Assembly: GCF_009914755.1 (NCBI RefSeq)
Contig: NC_060936.1
Length of the DNA: 64,000 nt
Strand: one strand, 5' to 3'
From: the human T2T-CHM13v2.0 reference genome, Homo sapiens
Under the pieces are notes generated by a model. It was given only the letters and a program-made list of their open reading frames with translations. It had not been told where the DNA came from and made no database searches. Shown piece by piece: positions 56,489 to 64,000 of this stretch. How positions within the stretch are numbered: position 1 is the first letter of the stretch; each line of letters starts with the position of its first letter. The translations under genes and the position numbers were made by a program.

Positions 56489-57588
56489 GTAAGTAAATTT
56501 GTCATTATATTACGTACAGTGATTTTCAAAATAATTGGACAAAAAGATATCACAACTAATTTTTTTCAATTTTTCAATTAAAATCTCTTTTTAAGAGTAA
56601 GACTTTAATACTCTTTTCTAACCATTTCCATAGCGTAAACTTGAATAATCCAGATTTTGAAAAAATAAAACATGAGGTTGTAGAATTCTAGAGGTGTGGG
56701 GCTTTGATGAAAGGTTGACTCTATTTTGTCACTAGTCTCTCAAGAAAATTGTTTCTCTGTGTTTCAAGAAATTAAATTGCAGACCACTGTCAAATCTTTT
56801 TTATTTTGATTATAATATTATTTCTTTGAAAGGTGTTTTGAAATACATTTGCACACATTAAAAATTTAGGATTATTATTGCAAAAACTAAAATGGTTGAG
56901 AACTTTTTTTATTTCTTACATCATAGAATATTCAAGATTTGTTTCAACAGTGATGAGTGACAAAAGATTTGATTCTCAATACATTTAGATTATCGGCTAC
57001 ATATTAAATATAATCTATTATCTTAAAACAACAGAATACATATTTCCTAGCACAATATGCAAACTAATATAATAAGCAAGGATTAGCAGGAAGTTATTCC
57101 TTCTTGTGCTAATCAAATTATTTTCTTTTTCATGTTTTTGAATTCTTAATTCTTTTGTCACAGAACATTAGCTGGTTGTAAGCAAGAAGCACAATATTTA
57201 TTTTAAGCACTATTCCTGGCTGTTAGTTGAAAATAGGTGTATGTTGTTAAATGATTACAGGGTGAAATCATTCGAGTGTATTAAAGTGTTGGTTAACCTA
57301 GGAAAACATTAAGCAAAAAACTCAGATTTCACTAGTTTACTACCTCTGCAAGTTAATTAAGAGGGTGGATTCCAGATACCTGTGTATCTAGGCACCTGAC
57401 TTAGAAAAATAATAGTAATATTTAACTCTAAATCTGGGAGATACTAATACTCTTTGCCTTTACTCACTAACTAAACATGCCTTGGGAGAACAATTGAGGA
57501 ATTTAAGGAATTTATTTTTTTCAAATGCCAATTCAATCATCTCTCTTCTCTAGTTAAACCTTCTCTTTGGCTTCTGATTGCCCTTAGG

Positions 57589-57766
57589 CAGGGCCAGCTG
57601 TATCCACTTGTGACCTGCACAGTCACACAGGGCAGGGTGCTTAAAAAGTTCTTGCACTTGATTTAATACTCTGCTGCCACTGTCTTGAAATTCTTAATAA
57701 GTTTTGAAAAATCATCCCCACATTTTTATTTTGCACTGAGCCCCACCAATTATGTAGCTGGTCTTG
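57589..57766. mobile_element. MER91A-like (hAT-Tip100)
   Basis: cagggccagct..gtgacctgcacagtcacacagggc..ttgaaattcttaataa..ttttgcactgagcccca..aattatgtagctggtcttg. Confidence 0.7.
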
Positions 57767-59329
57767 CCCTTTGGATAAACATCAAAACTCTCATCATGGG
57801 ATTCCAGCAGAATATGGTCTTTGCTATACACGCCTAGAATGTTATTTCTTCAAAACACTCATTGCCATGATAATTCTTGCTTGTGTGTTTATCTGTAGAC
57901 TAGAAATCCACTGGGGATAATCCATGTCCATATGGCTCACCATTGTATCCCTGGGGTCATGCACAGTGTCTGGCCTACTATAGTTGTTCAATAAATAATT
58001 ACTGAATAAATGATTGATGACAGAAAGAACAACTATGAAGGACACCTTGATATTCTCTATCAAGGTAGCATGGCATTTGTAAAATAATTTTTGATTTTGG
58101 TTTTTTCTCTCTTGTCCTTATCAAAATCGTGCTATTCCTCCCAAACTGATTACTTCATGTGTAAATGTTCTGGCACAAGAAATTCAGGGTCTCCGAACTG
58201 CTAAAATTATCTTAAAGTTATCACTTGGAATAAAAAAACTACAAATTATTACACTAAATATTATGGATACCAGACTCAACAAAGCAGTAACCAAAAAAGT
58301 TGCTGGATTTTATTTTAAGTGTATATTCTTTAACTCTCTAATGACATGATCCTATATATTCTCCCAAAATTAATATAGCCCACATACCAAATAATACCTC
58401 CACAAAAAAATAAAATAAAATTATCTACTCACAACTACTACATAGCTTTGACACCCAGAAGATAGTTATTTGTCAAGGTACAGAAATAATAACATAGGTA
58501 ATGGAGTAGAACATGATCAAACACAGCAATTGTCAGGGTTAAGAGGATGAGTTAATGAGCATGATTAAGCACCATTAAAAATTACAAATGATTGCAAACA
58601 CAAGCTTTCAATCATTACCTCGTATCACTACCTCCCATTTGAGATGTTATTTTGAAAGAGAACTTGAGGCCATGCCATCTACATGCCAGGGTCTCACTAG
58701 TTAATGGTCTAGCTACTCGCTCTGGCAGAGCCCAGATCAATTATCCATGGGTTGAAGTATGGTACTCAGGTTTTCAATTAAAATGTTAATGATGTGAAAG
58801 GCCAAGCAGTGTAAGAATAGAACTATTTAAAAATAAATATTTGTGTTAAGTTGTTTCTGAAACATTCAGTTGAAAGCTTTAACATAGTAGCCATTTTGCT
58901 ATGTTGTATGACCTCATGTTTTTAATTAGAAAAATATTTTGGACTTTTACTTTGATCTGGGAAGAAAAAGATTAAAAAATGATGAGTTAGAGGGCTTTCT
59001 CTAATTACCTCATCTCTAACATCTGAGTGTGAAGGATATAAGTAAAATCTAAGAAATCAAGCAATAAAAAAATCTATATCTGTGTTAGGGAAACACCAAA
59101 ACACCGAGAAAAATCGCAACATTGAATATAATTGGGTGGTAGATGAAATAGAGTTAGAAAGATTGTGCACACTAATTTCACCTTTATCTTTATCCACTTA
59201 TGAAACAAGTATTGTCAAAAGAAATAAAAAGTCTAAGGCTATTAAATAAAGGCAGCTGCTAAAACAAAAGTAACAACTTTCTTAGGTATCACAAATACAT
59301 GAAAATAAAAGCAAATTACTTAGCAAAAG

Positions 59330-63180
<3,851 letters not shown>

Positions 63181-63204
63181 ACAAAACAACCAATAAAATA
63201 AAAA

Positions 63205-63515
63205 TTAAAAAAAAAAAAATCCTGTCATTTGTGGTAACTTGGATGGAACTGGAGGACATTATGTTAAGTGAAATAAGCCAGGAACAGAAAGTTCAACACC
63301 ATATATTTTCACTCATATGTGGAAGCTTAAAAACGCTGATCTCAAATAAGTAAAAAGTAGAACAGAGGATACTAGAGGGTGAGAAAGGTGGGGGTAAAGG
63401 AGAGATGGAGAGAGATTTTTTTAAAGAATACAAAATTACAGCTAGATAGGTGGAACAAGATCTAGGGTTCTATACTACGTAGGATGTAGGATGACTATAG
63501 TTAATCATAATATGT
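63205..63515 (+). mobile_element. L1MA 3' end fragment
   Basis: ggatggaactggaggacattatgttaagtgaaataagccagg..acaaaattacagctagatagg. Confidence 0.8.
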
Positions 63516-63520
63516 TAATG

Positions 63521-63744
63521 ATGAATCTGTAAATTACTTTGGGCAGTATGGCCATTTTAATGATATTGATACTTCTAGTCTATGGGCATGGAATTTTTTT
63601 TCATTCAAATTACCAATGTCATTTTTCACAGAGTTTGAAAAAACTATTCTAAAATTCATGTGATACAACAACAAAAAACGTCCAAATAGCAAAGCAAAAA
63701 GAACAAAGCCAGAAGCATCACATGACCTGACTTTCAACTATACT
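63521..63744. mobile_element. L1 ORF2 fragment with an inverted 5' part (minus 63521-63600, plus 63602-63744)
   Basis: Both pieces match adjacent ORF2 sequence present at ~49490-49780 and ~59930-60170 in this window. Confidence 0.8.
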
Positions 63745-64000
63745 GGACATTAGAGAGCCGGGCTTAGGGAAATACAGGGGTAGAGGAAGCAGCAGAAAGG
63801 CCCTGTGAGCTCGCTGGGTCCCCAAGCAGCCCATTCCTGCCTGGCACCACAGGGATCCATCAGTGGGGTGGCCAGAGGAGGGGGTAAAACTGCACAGGGA
63901 GAAAGAATTCTCTAGCTGAACTCTGTAACAATTTGAATGGGGCTAGAAGCCTCCTGGCCAGAACTCAGGGGAGGGCACGAATCCGGCTTGGAGACTTCAC
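63745..64000 (+). mobile_element. L1PB-type 5' UTR sequence running off the window
   Basis: GC-rich gctgggtccccaagcagcccattcctgcctggcaccacagggatcc..ctagctgaactctgtaacaatttgaa resembles the recalled L1PBa 5' end. Confidence 0.6.

Overview
Primate (most likely human) genomic DNA from the 3' half of PIK3C2G, the class II PI3-kinase C2 gamma gene, on the + strand. Six GT-AG coding exons (77-233, 8244-8353, 24622-24811, 25296-25417, 28868-28976, 56413-56488) splice in compatible phases into one open frame. That frame encodes the end of the kinase domain and the PX domain; the C-terminal C2 exons lie beyond the window. The rest is AT-rich intron full of retroelements (a full-length old L1PA, a young truncated L1PA2/3, older L1M/L1PB, seven Alus, L2, MIR, MaLR/ERVL LTRs) and hAT MER elements. 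Almost all entries in the ORF track are repeat-derived or chance. The most unusual structures are: a 114-bp-arm inverted repeat (~95% identity, not a recognised TE) just upstream of the last exon; a candidate stop-containing 12-nt microexon beside it; an L1 with an apparent 3' transduction; a 26-bp twin-priming inversion; and an inverted Alu pair around the three-exon kinase-end/PX cluster. I see no convincing new gene or novel multi-gene system. Repeat subfamily names come from recalled consensus sequences, not from a database search.
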